Source: a virus (Duplodnaviria; Caudoviricetes). From it: a DNA stretch of 50,819 nt. The DNA lies in IMG/VR virus record IMGVR_UViG_3300037478_000628, positions 1-50,819 of that record; one strand, written 5' to 3'. A program made the translations under genes and the position numbers. Under the pieces are notes generated by a model. That model did not search any database, was not told the origin of the DNA, and saw only the letters and a program-made list of their open reading frames with translations. Shown here in pieces: positions 41,717 through 50,819 of the stretch (its first letter is position 1; each line of letters starts with the position of its first letter).

Positions 41717-43000
41717 CTAGAGCAGGTACTTCGCGAACGCGGCCGGGCGCATCACATCGCCGCCGACCCGCATGCGGAACAGAAACGCGACCAGCCCGAG
41801 CTCGGCGTACCGCTCGTCGAGCCGCTGGACGGTGATCCGCTGACGGTCCGCGATCACGTAACCCAGGTTCGGGTCGCCGAAGATGACCGACGGGTCGACC
41901 GCTGCGGCACTGGCGCCCATGCTGGGGAGCCCTTCGAGGTTGTAGAACCTCTTACCGAACAGCGTGTCCGGCTCACCCGCGCGCACGCTGGGCTGCCACA
42001 GGTAGTTGCTGGTCGAGTCCTTCAGCAGCGCGATCGCCTCGGCCGCGTCGTTGCCCGCGTAGTAGGCCCCGTCGCGGCGGAACCGGGACGGCACCCGGTA
42101 CTGGAGCTGCTTGAGCCCGTCACCGGTCGGGGCGGCGTTGGAGCCGGTCACCGCCTGGGTGATCTGGTTCGCGGCGGAGGTCGCCCGAGCCGCCAGACCC
42201 CACGGCTTGGACACCCCGTTACCGGCGGCGAATGCATCGTCCTCCATCTCGGCGACCTTCTGACCCACGATGTCCTGGATCAGCGCAACCAGGTTGGCGT
42301 CGGTGTCGGCCAGCTCATCCACACCGATCCGCGACATGGCGGTCAGGTCATGCACCGACACCTCATCCACCGGCGTGTTCGGCACCACGTTCGCGTCCAC
42401 GGTGGTGGCGGTCAGTTCAAGCTGACCCCACCCGGCGGTCGCACCGGTCAGCGACCGCATGTCCACCTTGTTGGACGTGGTAGGCCGGACCAGCGGCCCG
42501 GAGCCGCGGAACACACCCAGGTGAGGCAGGGTCTTGAAGATGGGGCCCGCGATGTCGTGGGGGATGATCACGTTTCCGGTGGCGTCCTCGATCAGCGCCG
42601 CCTTCTCCGCCGCGTCGATTGCGTCGACCCACGGCTGGCCCTTGGTCCCCTCACGCATGGCCTTGGCGAACAGCTCGACCCGGCGCCGCTTCATCGCATC
42701 CTCGTAGCCGGAGCCGACTACCCCGTCCTTACCGGCCTGACCCGCGGCGACCGCCGCCTCGGCGGCCAGCGCCGACGGGATACGGTCGGGCTCCCGCCCC
42801 CAGGACTCCATTGAGTCCTGCTCCTTCTCCAACGCAGCCAGGCCCTTCAGCCGGGTGGCCTCGGTGAGCAGGGTGGACATCTTGGCCGCGTCCTCGGCCG
42901 GAATCTTCGTCGGGTCCGGCCACCGGTCCCGGATGGTCCGGGCCAGGCTGATGCACTGCAAAGCCTTGTCCTGCAAAGCCTTCTGGGTGACTTGAGACAT
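41717..43000 (-). CDS. Major capsid protein, HK97 fold, with N-terminal delta domain
   Basis: G..IP...ELL-like DELAD...ED.AF..GNG..KP.G...LKD....YLW.P...GD....Y...DR...R.GG.V..P.AF. Confidence 0.95.
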   Translation of the reverse strand: MSQVTQKALQDKALQCISLARTIRDRWPDPTKIPAEDAAKMSTLLTEATRLKGLAALEKEQDSMESWGREPDRIPSALAAEAAVAAGQAGKDGVVGSGYEDAMKRRRVELFAKAMREGTKGQPWVDAIDAAEKAALIEDATGNVIIPHDIAGPIFKTLPHLGVFRGSGPLVRPTTSNKVDMRSLTGATAGWGQLELTATTVDANVVPNTPVDEVSVHDLTAMSRIGVDELADTDANLVALIQDIVGQKVAEMEDDAFAAGNGVSKPWGLAARATSAANQITQAVTGSNAAPTGDGLKQLQYRVPSRFRRDGAYYAGNDAAEAIALLKDSTSNYLWQPSVRAGEPDTLFGKRFYNLEGLPSMGASAAAVDPSVIFGDPNLGYVIADRQRITVQRLDERYAELGLVAFLFRMRVGGDVMRPAAFAKYLL

Positions 43001-43007
43001 GCCTTTC

Positions 43008-43871
43008 TCACTCCTTGCCGAGTTCGGCCGCCAGCGCGTCCAGTTGGTGGCTGACGGTTGTGGCCTCTGTGTGTGCCAGAAGCTCGGCGAGTGAGTCGGT
43101 CGGCTCGCCGCCGGGTGGGCTGCTGCCCGGCCCGGACTGACCGATGATTGCTAGAGCGTACTTCGATGCGTCGTCGGGGTCCGGCGCTGAGGCCGGACCC
43201 GTCCCACCGTCCTTGTTGGGCTCCGTCGTGCCGGCCGGAGCGTTACCGGGGCGGTACTGCATGACCACCAGCTGATCCACGGCGTTCTTACGGACCTGTG
43301 GGCTGCCGATCGACAGCGCGGCCCGCATGTCCGTGACCCACGCCTCAGGCAGGCCGGGAGTCTTGTCGTCCACCTTGGCGGTCAACACAAGCGAGCTGTC
43401 ATTGGCGGGAATGGGGGTCAACCCAACGAACCTGAGGCCTACCTCCCGCAGGATCCGGACCGACTTCCCGGCCACAGTCTCGAAGCTCTTGGCGAAGATC
43501 GGACCCCAGATCGACAGCCCGTTCAGGTGGCCATCACGGGCCAGCGTCCGGGCGTCCTGAGCTTTGGCTACGTCCGCGAACCGGAAAGTGGTCTTCAACC
43601 CGTATGCGGTGTCCTCCACCTTGGCCAGAGACCCGATCACACCCTCGGCGCTGTTCTGGTGATCCAATGTCAGCGGAATGACCCGCTTCGACGAACGCCA
43701 CTCAGTCAGCGTCTTGCGAAACGCACCCGGCATCACAACGTCATCCTGTTGATCGATCACGTTATAGACCGACGCCCATCCGGTCAGGCTGCCAGGGTCG
43801 TCGGCCTTGGAGACATCCCACTGGATCGGGACCACACCGCCGATGCCGATCCTCAGCCACTCACCATCCAC
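43008..43871 (-). CDS. Prohead protease (HK97 family)
   Basis: GWASVYN..D...D...PGAF...DH....IG...GL...GLSI...L..V.L..IPAN. Confidence 0.9.
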   Translation of the reverse strand: MDGEWLRIGIGGVVPIQWDVSKADDPGSLTGWASVYNVIDQQDDVVMPGAFRKTLTEWRSSKRVIPLTLDHQNSAEGVIGSLAKVEDTAYGLKTTFRFADVAKAQDARTLARDGHLNGLSIWGPIFAKSFETVAGKSVRILREVGLRFVGLTPIPANDSSLVLTAKVDDKTPGLPEAWVTDMRAALSIGSPQVRKNAVDQLVVMQYRPGNAPAGTTEPNKDGGTGPASAPDPDDASKYALAIIGQSGPGSSPPGGEPTDSLAELLAHTEATTVSHQLDALAAELGKE

Positions 43872-45318
43872 GGTCCGATCCCTCCCGGGCCTGCAACGCC
43901 GCGACCTCGTCCCGGCTCAGCTCAACCCCGTACTCGGCGGCCAGCAGCACCGCACTGGCCTCGATCTCCTCCGGCGCCGGCAACGCCTGCCCCACCTCCT
44001 GAGGCACCACCCCCGAGGGGGTGAGGAACACGTCCCCACCCGGCACCGCCGCCAGGCCGACCATTTGCCGGAAGTCGTTGCGGGTGATCCCACCCCGCGC
44101 CAGCGCCTCGGTGCCCCGCTGCCACAGCGCCCCGGCGGCCTCCTTCAGGGCGAGCACCCCGGAGTTGTCCCACGCGCTCATCACCCGCCGCCGGCCGACA
44201 CCGGCGAACCTGGGCAGCAAACGGGACCGGACCGGCTCGATGAAGCGGCGCTGCTCGCTGAACATCGCCTCTTCCCAGAAGCTGAGCCGCGCCTCCCGGT
44301 AGTCCTTGTACGCGTTGTGGGTCAGCCCAAGTTTCGTACCTATTAAAATAGGTTCCACGCCGAAGGCCATGCAGATCCTGGACTCGGACACCTCCCGCAG
44401 GTCCGGAAACTCCAGATCCGTCAGGTTGTACACCATCTGGTGAATCTTCATGCCCTTTTGCAGGAACGCCGGATCGCCCTTCCGGTTGCCGCCGAACGCC
44501 TCCCGCCACTTCGCCTTCAGCCGCCTGTGCAGCGCGTCGGTGATCTCCTGCTCGGTCTCCACCACCACACTGGGCATCGCGTGGTTACGGAGCATCGTGT
44601 CCACGAAATCGGTGGCCGCGTTGTCGAGGGTGGTGGCCCGGGCCGCCGGCCGCAGCGGCGGCTGACCAAAATACCGGGAGGCCGGGTTCAGCGGGTTCGG
44701 ATTCGGATACCGGATCCGGATCATGAACTCCTCGGCCTTGCGCGCCCGGGGGGAGCCAGCGTCGGGGATCGGCACCATCAGCTCCGGCCGGTCCGGGTTC
44801 GGCCGGTACACCCACACGTAGTCGGCCGGGTCCCGCGGGTTGGGCAGTACCCCGACCAGGTCTGGCCGTAGCGGCCATACCTGGGATGGCAGCCCGTCGC
44901 GGCCGTTGACGACCAGCCAGAAGCAGGTGCCGGCCAGGTCCTTGTACGTGACGGATAGCTCGAAAAATTCGAATTCATCGGTCACCGGGTTCGGTGTCTC
45001 GAACAGGCGGCGTAGCCGGTGGTCGTCGATCGCCGGGCCGTTTCCAGCCGGGGTTGGTGAGGCGCCCCACGGGTAGACCCGGATCACCGACTGGGGAAGC
45101 GACTCCGCCCGGTACCGGATACACGCGTACACCAGCTCGTTGCGGCCGTACCCGGCGGTGGCGTAGTTGGCGAAGGAGCCGTCCTGTTCGAGCATGCCGG
45201 CCAGGTTCGGCCCGCCGGCGCCGGTGCCCGACGGCAGGGACATGAACCCTTGCCGACCGTCGACCACGGCCAGCTGTTTGCTGGCCGGTAGCGGCTTGGG
45301 TCCGGTCAGCCAACCCAC
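43861..45318 (-). CDS. Portal protein (HK97 family)
   Basis: VYACI, PNP....F, G..F, LRPD.V, N.A.P, D.EF...R......I...FGV.P, GIT.N..R...GL....GGD. Confidence 0.93.
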   Translation of the reverse strand: MGWLTGPKPLPASKQLAVVDGRQGFMSLPSGTGAGGPNLAGMLEQDGSFANYATAGYGRNELVYACIRYRAESLPQSVIRVYPWGASPTPAGNGPAIDDHRLRRLFETPNPVTDEFEFFELSVTYKDLAGTCFWLVVNGRDGLPSQVWPLRPDLVGVLPNPRDPADYVWVYRPNPDRPELMVPIPDAGSPRARKAEEFMIRIRYPNPNPLNPASRYFGQPPLRPAARATTLDNAATDFVDTMLRNHAMPSVVVETEQEITDALHRRLKAKWREAFGGNRKGDPAFLQKGMKIHQMVYNLTDLEFPDLREVSESRICMAFGVEPILIGTKLGLTHNAYKDYREARLSFWEEAMFSEQRRFIEPVRSRLLPRFAGVGRRRVMSAWDNSGVLALKEAAGALWQRGTEALARGGITRNDFRQMVGLAAVPGGDVFLTPSGVVPQEVGQALPAPEEIEASAVLLAAEYGVELSRDEVAALQAREGSDRGW

Positions 45319-45328
45319 AGCGGGCGCC

Positions 45329-45691
45329 TCACGCGTTCCAGCCGCTGAACAGCGACCCGGCGCCGAGGATCAGCCCGGCGGAGATAAGCGCGAAGCCCAG
45401 CCCGAAGCTGAGGCCGACACCGACCGGGATGAGCACCCCCGCGGCGGGGGCGGTGGCAAGTGCGGCCGCCCGGCGGCTGTGGGTGGTGACCCACCGCCGG
45501 CTGGAGCCGGCGGTGGCGCGTAGCTGGGTGCCGGCCCGCCGCGTCCAGGCGGCTACGAGGGTGGGGGTGGGGAGCACCCAGAGTACGGCGGCGGCGGCCA
45601 GCAGCGCCCAGCCGGGGCCGGCGAGGAGGCCGATGCCGGCCACGGCGCATCCGCCGACCAGCACCGCCCGCGCTCCGGCGACACGCTCCAC
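45329..45691 (-). CDS. Membrane protein preceding portal, leaderless
   Basis: Up to four hydrophobic segments; TACCAT 6 nt upstream of the GTG. Confidence 0.65.
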   Translation of the reverse strand: MERVAGARAVLVGGCAVAGIGLLAGPGWALLAAAAVLWVLPTPTLVAAWTRRAGTQLRATAGSSRRWVTTHSRRAAALATAPAAGVLIPVGVGLSFGLGFALISAGLILGAGSLFSGWNA

Positions 45692-45770
45692 GACGGCATG
45701 GTAACACCGGTACCTTCGAATCGAAGGCACACAGCAGCTCAAACCTACGATTATGTGGCACGATGGGGCC
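45692..45770. promoter_or_regulatory. Divergent leaderless promoters with a shared palindrome
   Basis: Minus TGtTACCAT-6-GTG; plus TGgCACGAT-6-GTG; CCTTCGAaTCGAAGG at 45713-45727. Confidence 0.6.
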
Positions 45771-45887
45771 GTGAGCGACACAACCTCCACCCCGGAACCG
45801 GAGCCACCGGCTCAGGTGACCGCGGAGATCAACCTGTCGTTGGCCACCGGCCAGCCCATCCCCGAGCCGGACCCCGAGGAGGAGTAG
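45771..45887 (+). CDS. 38-aa acidic peptide with one copy of the fibre repeat
   Basis: MSDTTSTPEPEPPAQVTAEINLSLATGQPIPEPDPEEE; its 3' end supplies the RBS of the next gene. Confidence 0.5.
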   Translation: MSDTTSTPEPEPPAQVTAEINLSLATGQPIPEPDPEEE

Positions 45888-45890
45888 CCG

Positions 45891-46229
45891 ATGTCCGATC
45901 CGACACTGCGTAACGCGGCCGCCGACGGCGCCGCCGTCAACCTGGAAGCCGCGTTCTTCTCGATCCATAACGGGGCGACCTCTGGCGACCAGGTGTCCAA
46001 CCAGCGGCTGGCGCCGGCCTACACCACCGCCGCCGGCAGCGTGGCCGCCCTCACCAGCACGCTCAGCTTCACCGGCACCGGCTCGTCCGCCGTTTCCCAC
46101 CTGGGCGTCTGGACGACCATCGGCCCGACTGGTGGCACCTTCCGGTTCGCGGTCGCCCTGGCCGGCGACAGCACGTTCAACGCGGCCGGGGACCTCGACC
46201 TCACCGCCGCACCGATCACCGTCAGCTAG
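45891..46229 (+). CDS. Virion structural protein (fibre/decoration-associated)
   Basis: SIH.G...R....Y...L.F......VSH.GVW.....GGTF....L.GD..FN..G. Confidence 0.75.
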   Translation: MSDPTLRNAAADGAAVNLEAAFFSIHNGATSGDQVSNQRLAPAYTTAAGSVAALTSTLSFTGTGSSAVSHLGVWTTIGPTGGTFRFAVALAGDSTFNAAGDLDLTAAPITVS

Positions 46230-46237
46230 GAGGAGCC

Positions 46238-46534
46238 ATGGCCGTAGGGTTCGCCGCATTCAACACCAAGGACTCGATCAACCAGAACGCCGGGCGGATG
46301 GCGGTGGGACTGCGCGACGCGTTCGAGAAGATAGAGCAGTTCAGTACCTGGTTCGCCGGGGTCGGAGCGGCCGGTCTGGAGACCACGTACGGGTTCACCG
46401 CCGGCGACGCTGCCATCATCGGCTCGGCAGTGACCGACTTCGAGCAGCTGAGGCAGATCTACCTGGGCGCCCAGGCGCTGGCCAGCGCCAAGAACTTCCG
46501 CACCTTCTCCGACGACCTTGAGGGCCTGCGCTAG
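46238..46534 (+). CDS. Small helical hypothetical protein
   Basis: AGGAG RBS; K..IN..AG.....LR...L...YGF...DA....SA..D...L..IY.G. Confidence 0.75.
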   Translation: MAVGFAAFNTKDSINQNAGRMAVGLRDAFEKIEQFSTWFAGVGAAGLETTYGFTAGDAAIIGSAVTDFEQLRQIYLGAQALASAKNFRTFSDDLEGLR

Positions 46535-46561
46535 CCGCACCGAGCCTGAGGTGGTGCCGCG

Positions 46562-49273
46562 ATGACGATCGTCCGTTCGCTCGACGCCGCCAGCGACATC
46601 GTCTTCACCACCGGCACCGGCGGCCTGAACACCATCACCCACGGCACCGTGGCGGTGCTGTTCAAGCCGCTGGCGCTGTACGACAATGCGGCGCGGACCC
46701 TGTTCCGGCTGCACGACTCGGCCGGGCTGGACCTCGGCGGCGTCGGCCTCAACGCAGCCAACGAAGTCGTGTGGTCCGACGGGACCACCGAGTCAGCCGG
46801 ACCGGTCACCACCGCCGGCGACTGGCACGCGCTGGTCGCCCGCAAGGCCACCGGCAGCGCCACCCCCCGATTCAGTGTGCTAAATGTCACCACCGGCATC
46901 CCGGCGCACGCCGACGGGGACGCGGCGGTCGGGGACTGGACCGCCCCGACCGGCGGCAGTATCCGAATGGCCACCGAGGGCACGGTCGGCCCCGGCTCCT
47001 ACGTGGCCGCGATGGGCGCGTGGGCTAACGCGCTGGCCTGGACCGCCGACTCGTTCGGTGACGACGACATCGAGGCGGCGCTCCTGGAGGAGCACCTCGA
47101 CAACTGGCTGGCCGCCGCACCGTCGGCCGCGTGGGGATTCGGCCAGCCCTCGGACCACAACGTTGAGGATGTCACCGGTGGCCGGGCCGACCAGATCACC
47201 TTCGGTGGCGGCGGCTCGGTCTCGGCCACCGACCTCGGCTTCCAGTACGAGGACATCGGCCTCGACGTCTTCAGCAAGAATTTCTACCGCACCACCCAGG
47301 ACGAACCGGGTGGCGGTGGGATCGTCCGGGACCTGTCGGAGACCCAGGGCACCCCGACCACCCTGACCTCAGCCAGCATCTCCGGCGGGTTCACCGAGGT
47401 CTTCCGCTTCCACCGGGTGGTCGGCACCGCGGTCGGCAGCAACACGATCTCCACCCAGTTCCAGGTCACCGCGGTCAGCGCGGCCACGCTCAGCTACCGG
47501 TGGCGGGTCCAGCGCTGGAACTCATCCGGGGTGCTCCAGGCCAGCGCGAGCTACAGCTCCGAGCAGAACACCGTCGGGATCAAGGTCCAGACCTTCGAGC
47601 TGGCCACCACCTGGGCGGCTGGGGACATCCTGGCCGTCTCGGTCGAGCTGCGGAAGGCCGGCGGCGGCGGCGGCCGAACCATCACCGTCGCGGTCAACGA
47701 CCCCGACGCGTGGGCCGAGTACGAGGTCGCGGTCTTCTCCCCCACCCAAGTCACCGCCAACATCCCGCTGACCGTCGCGGTCGCCCCCACCGCCGCCACC
47801 GAGCACGCGGTCACCGCCGACATCCCGCTGACCGTGGCGCTGGCCGGCACCGCCCAGGCGCCCAGCGATACCGGGCTGGTCTCCGGCACCGTTTCCGCCA
47901 ACCCGGTCACCCTGTCCTGCGCCGTCGGTGAGCGGCTGATCTGCATCGCGTTCTCCCGCGGCGGCGGCACCGGCTTCGCGGTCACCCCCAACGCCGGCGG
48001 CGCGTCTTGGGTCAACCGGGTGGCCGAGGCCACCTTGCCGGCCAACGACCTGGCCCGCCGCTCGCTCGGGGTGGCCGAGTTGGTCCCCACCTCGACGATC
48101 ACCGACGGGCTGTTCACCGCCGCCTGGTCCGCCGACCCGACCGACGCGATCTGGCTGCGCGTCGAGGAAGGTGGGGCGTTCGGGTTCGCCGACGCCGCCG
48201 TGGCCGACTCCGACACCGGCTCCGTCACGTCCTTGGCCACCGGCGACACCGCCTCGATCCCGGCCGGTGATCTGCTGCTGCTGGCCGCCGCGGCGATCCG
48301 CGACGGCGGCGCGGCCGGCATCGGCTGGGCCACCACCGACGTGAACCCGGGGCTGGTCGGCGGCGGTAACCTGCTGCTGGACGCCTACGCCGGCAAGGGG
48401 GCGGGCGGCAACGCCGGCGCCGGCGGCTACCTGATCCTGGACGGGCAGGGCGCCGGTGTCCGGGCGGACACGGTCAGCCTGCCCGGCGGGGACGCCGGTA
48501 AGCGGATCACCGCCGCGCTGGTCGTCTGGTCCACCGGCGTCACCGCCGCCGCCCAGGTCACCGCCAACATCCCCCTGTCGATCGTGGTCGCCGGCACAAC
48601 CGAGGCCGAGCACCAGGTGACCGCCGGGGTCGAGCTCGCGGTGGCACTGGCCGGCACCGCCACCGCTCAGCACCAGGCCACCGCCGAAGTGGACCTGACG
48701 GTCGCGCTGGCCGGGACTGTAGCCGCCGACCACACCGTGACCGCGGCCGTGCCGCTGACCCTCGCCCTGGCGCCGGTGGTCGACGCGCCGGACGTGGGCG
48801 CCCCGGCCCAGGTCATCGCCGGCATCCCCCTCACGGTGACCGTGGCCGGCGCCGCCCAGGCCGACCACCAGGTCACCGCCGCCGTGCCGCTGACCCTGAC
48901 CACCGCCGGCACCGTCCACGCCGAGCACCAGGCCACCACCACGGTCCCGCTCACAATCACCGTCGCGCCGGTGGTGGACGCGCCCGTGCCCGGCGCACCC
49001 AACCAGGTCACCACCACCATCCCGCTCGGCCTGACCCTGGCCGGAACCACCGCCACCGGCTACCAGGCCACCGCCGGCATCCCACTCACCCTGACGCTCG
49101 CCCCGGTCGGGCACAACGATCGCGCGGTCACCGCTGCGATCACCCTTGCTCTGGCGCTGTCGGGTGTGGTCGCCTTCCCGCCCCCGCCCTACCAGCCGAT
49201 CCGCACCAGCCTCGACGGAACCACCTACGCCACCGGAATCGACGGACGAACCCGAACCGTCACCATCGAATAG
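46562..49273 (+). CDS. Large fibre/adhesin-like virion protein: LamG/ConA-like N-domain, beta domains, ~20-aa Thr/Ala repeats
   Basis: G.WH.LV beta-sandwich signature; 12 copies of (H/Q)xVTAxIPLTxxxAG-like repeat. Confidence 0.75.
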   Translation: MTIVRSLDAASDIVFTTGTGGLNTITHGTVAVLFKPLALYDNAARTLFRLHDSAGLDLGGVGLNAANEVVWSDGTTESAGPVTTAGDWHALVARKATGSATPRFSVLNVTTGIPAHADGDAAVGDWTAPTGGSIRMATEGTVGPGSYVAAMGAWANALAWTADSFGDDDIEAALLEEHLDNWLAAAPSAAWGFGQPSDHNVEDVTGGRADQITFGGGGSVSATDLGFQYEDIGLDVFSKNFYRTTQDEPGGGGIVRDLSETQGTPTTLTSASISGGFTEVFRFHRVVGTAVGSNTISTQFQVTAVSAATLSYRWRVQRWNSSGVLQASASYSSEQNTVGIKVQTFELATTWAAGDILAVSVELRKAGGGGGRTITVAVNDPDAWAEYEVAVFSPTQVTANIPLTVAVAPTAATEHAVTADIPLTVALAGTAQAPSDTGLVSGTVSANPVTLSCAVGERLICIAFSRGGGTGFAVTPNAGGASWVNRVAEATLPANDLARRSLGVAELVPTSTITDGLFTAAWSADPTDAIWLRVEEGGAFGFADAAVADSDTGSVTSLATGDTASIPAGDLLLLAAAAIRDGGAAGIGWATTDVNPGLVGGGNLLLDAYAGKGAGGNAGAGGYLILDGQGAGVRADTVSLPGGDAGKRITAALVVWSTGVTAAAQVTANIPLSIVVAGTTEAEHQVTAGVELAVALAGTATAQHQATAEVDLTVALAGTVAADHTVTAAVPLTLALAPVVDAPDVGAPAQVIAGIPLTVTVAGAAQADHQVTAAVPLTLTTAGTVHAEHQATTTVPLTITVAPVVDAPVPGAPNQVTTTIPLGLTLAGTTATGYQATAGIPLTLTLAPVGHNDRAVTAAITLALALSGVVAFPPPPYQPIRTSLDGTTYATGIDGRTRTVTIE

Positions 49274-49281
49274 CCCCAGGG

Positions 49282-50819
49282 TCACACGAAAATGTCCGGC
49301 TCCGGTGTAACCTCCGAGCCCTTCACCACCAACCCCAGCAACGCCAACGTCACCGTGTACAACGGCCCCAACTCCGACGAGGAGCCCTTCTTCACGAACA
49401 CGAACGACCCCGCGCCCAAATCCAGACGCCGGGCCTGACCCACCGCCCGGTCCAACACCTGCTGACCCAGATGATGCAACCGCAGCCCGTCATCGAAATC
49501 CCGGCCCGGCCGCACCTCACCCGTCGCGTCGAAGAACCGGCCACACGCCCCCGCGATATCCGGCTGCGCCGGGGTGAGCACATCGATCCCCCGGTTCTTC
49601 AACGGCTGGATCAACGACGCAGCCGGCCTACGCGGGTCAACCACCACCGTCCACGGCTGGTGACCGGCGACCATCTCCACCGCCCGCCGCTCGATCCACT
49701 CCACACCGACCGCACCGATCGGCACCCGACCACCCGGCTCGGCGATCTCCACGTGATACTGGCCGTCGGCCCGGTAGCCGGCCAACCCAATCCAGCCCCG
49801 GTCCCGCTCCTCATTCATCTCAACCGCCAACGCCGGCCGGCCGGCGTTGCAACTCGCCGGGTCGTACCGTTCATCCCAGGTCAACTGAGACACCAGCGTC
49901 CACTGCGGCGTCGACTCCACCGGCTCCCACCCCAAATACTCGGCACAGAAGTCGACCAGGTCCATCGCGTCGAAGTCCTCCGCCACCACCCGCTCGGCCA
50001 CCGTCCGCCCCAACCCCGGCATCGACGCATACCAGGTCGCCGGATCCGCCGGATCAGTCCCGGCCTCCGCCGGCGGTGCGGTGAAGTCGAAGAACGCCAT
50101 CCCGTGCCGCACCCCGGCGGCGACCCGCTGCCGGCCCAGCTGACGCTTCGCCCGCAAATACGGCCACTGATCCGGCCTGGCCCTAGATAACCCGGGGATC
50201 ATGCTCAGAATCCACAGCTGCCGCCAGTCCCGTGTCATCATCGCCGGCCGCATCCCCAGCTCCGTCCGCGCGTTCGGCCGCGACCACGCCTCATCGATCA
50301 CACCCAGATCCAGCGTGTCACCCGTACCGGACGTGCGCCCCGTTGTGCTGCCGGGCGACCACATCGACTTGTTGCGCCAAACCATCGCCTCCTGGTTCAG
50401 CCGCAGCCGGTAGGAGAACTCGCGCCGGAACGGTGAGCCGTTCAACCGCTCCAAATGGATGTCACGCCACTTCTGCCTGGCCGAATCGGCCGTCTGAGCG
50501 GTGTACAGCACCCGCTGAGGCCCCGGAACCGGAACCGTCAACCCCAGCTCATCACGCACCCACCGGGTCAACGCGTCATCGAACCCGACACACCGGTGAG
50601 TCATCACCGGCAACATAAGCTCCGTCTTACCTGTGGCCTGACGCGGCCCGATCACCACCACCTCGGAGAACGCCAGCAGACCCGTCTCGCCGTCCACCTC
50701 CAACGCCACATCGGCGATCAGCTGCTGATGGGGCATCAGCGGCTTACCCAACCGGGTAGCCACCTCCGCCACCCGCGGCCCCAACGTGAACCGGTCCGGG
50801 CTACGCGGCGTCCCATACA
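49282..50819 (-). CDS. terL: Terminase large subunit (5' end continues at 128-170)
   Basis: LMPHQ, GPRQATGKT (Walker A), YTAQ, VIDEAW (Walker B), EYLG.W. Confidence 0.93.
   Translation of the reverse strand, partial: YGTPRSPDRFTLGPRVAEVATRLGKPLMPHQQLIADVALEVDGETGLLAFSEVVVIGPRQATGKTELMLPVMTHRCVGFDDALTRWVRDELGLTVPVPGPQRVLYTAQTADSARQKWRDIHLERLNGSPFRREFSYRLRLNQEAMVWRNKSMWSPGSTTGRTSGTGDTLDLGVIDEAWSRPNARTELGMRPAMMTRDWRQLWILSMIPGLSRARPDQWPYLRAKRQLGRQRVAAGVRHGMAFFDFTAPPAEAGTDPADPATWYASMPGLGRTVAERVVAEDFDAMDLVDFCAEYLGWEPVESTPQWTLVSQLTWDERYDPASCNAGRPALAVEMNEERDRGWIGLAGYRADGQYHVEIAEPGGRVPIGAVGVEWIERRAVEMVAGHQPWTVVVDPRRPAASLIQPLKNRGIDVLTPAQPDIAGACGRFFDATGEVRPGRDFDDGLRLHHLGQQVLDRAVGQARRLDLGAGSFVFVKKGSSSELGPLYTVTLALLGLVVKGSEVTPEPDIFV
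50693..50819. repeat. Terminal direct repeat, right copy
   Basis: Identical to 1-127. Confidence 0.95.

Noticed and set aside
48550-49170. ~60-bp periodic DNA repeats as an array or DGR
   Set aside because: Degenerate and explained by the protein repeat; no RT or adenine-specific variation
45692-49281. Cassette as a recombinase-driven invertible segment
   Set aside because: No inverted repeat pair found at the two boundaries; the right gap is only 8 bp

Overview
The window is an apparently complete, circularly permuted genome of a temperate, high-GC actinobacterial siphovirus. Unit length is 50,692 bp: bases 1-127 are repeated exactly at 50693-50819, and the large terminase gene reads through that junction. 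Most genes are on the minus strand. The structural and lysis arm runs HNH, putative cos region, TerS, TerL, portal, protease, HK97-type capsid, glycosyl/methyltransferases, head-tail genes, major tail, chaperones, tape measure, minor tail proteins, endolysin and holins. The early arm runs from a Cro-like gene through many small ORFs, WhiB, RecE/RecT, a Holliday junction resolvase, an HNH-SF2 helicase and a replication initiator. A repressor plus short tyrosine recombinase and a small promoter-driven operon lie on the plus strand. The most unusual features are: (1) a PLD-like nuclease domain fused to the probable small terminase; (2) an HNH-SF2 helicase with a coupled partner gene; (3) a multibranch structured RNA of about 250 nt behind a strong promoter at 22.5 kb; (4) a PhoD-type phosphoesterase fused to a tail hub protein; (5) a GT4-FkbM plus second methyltransferase module inside the head operon; (6) a four-gene virion-fibre cassette inverted between terminase and portal; (7) two short-direct-repeat-flanked insertions into gene 3' ends. 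All family calls come from motif recognition by eye; no database search or RNA folding was run. No tRNA, rRNA, CRISPR array, DNA polymerase or reverse transcriptase was seen. The host is an actinomycete (inferred).
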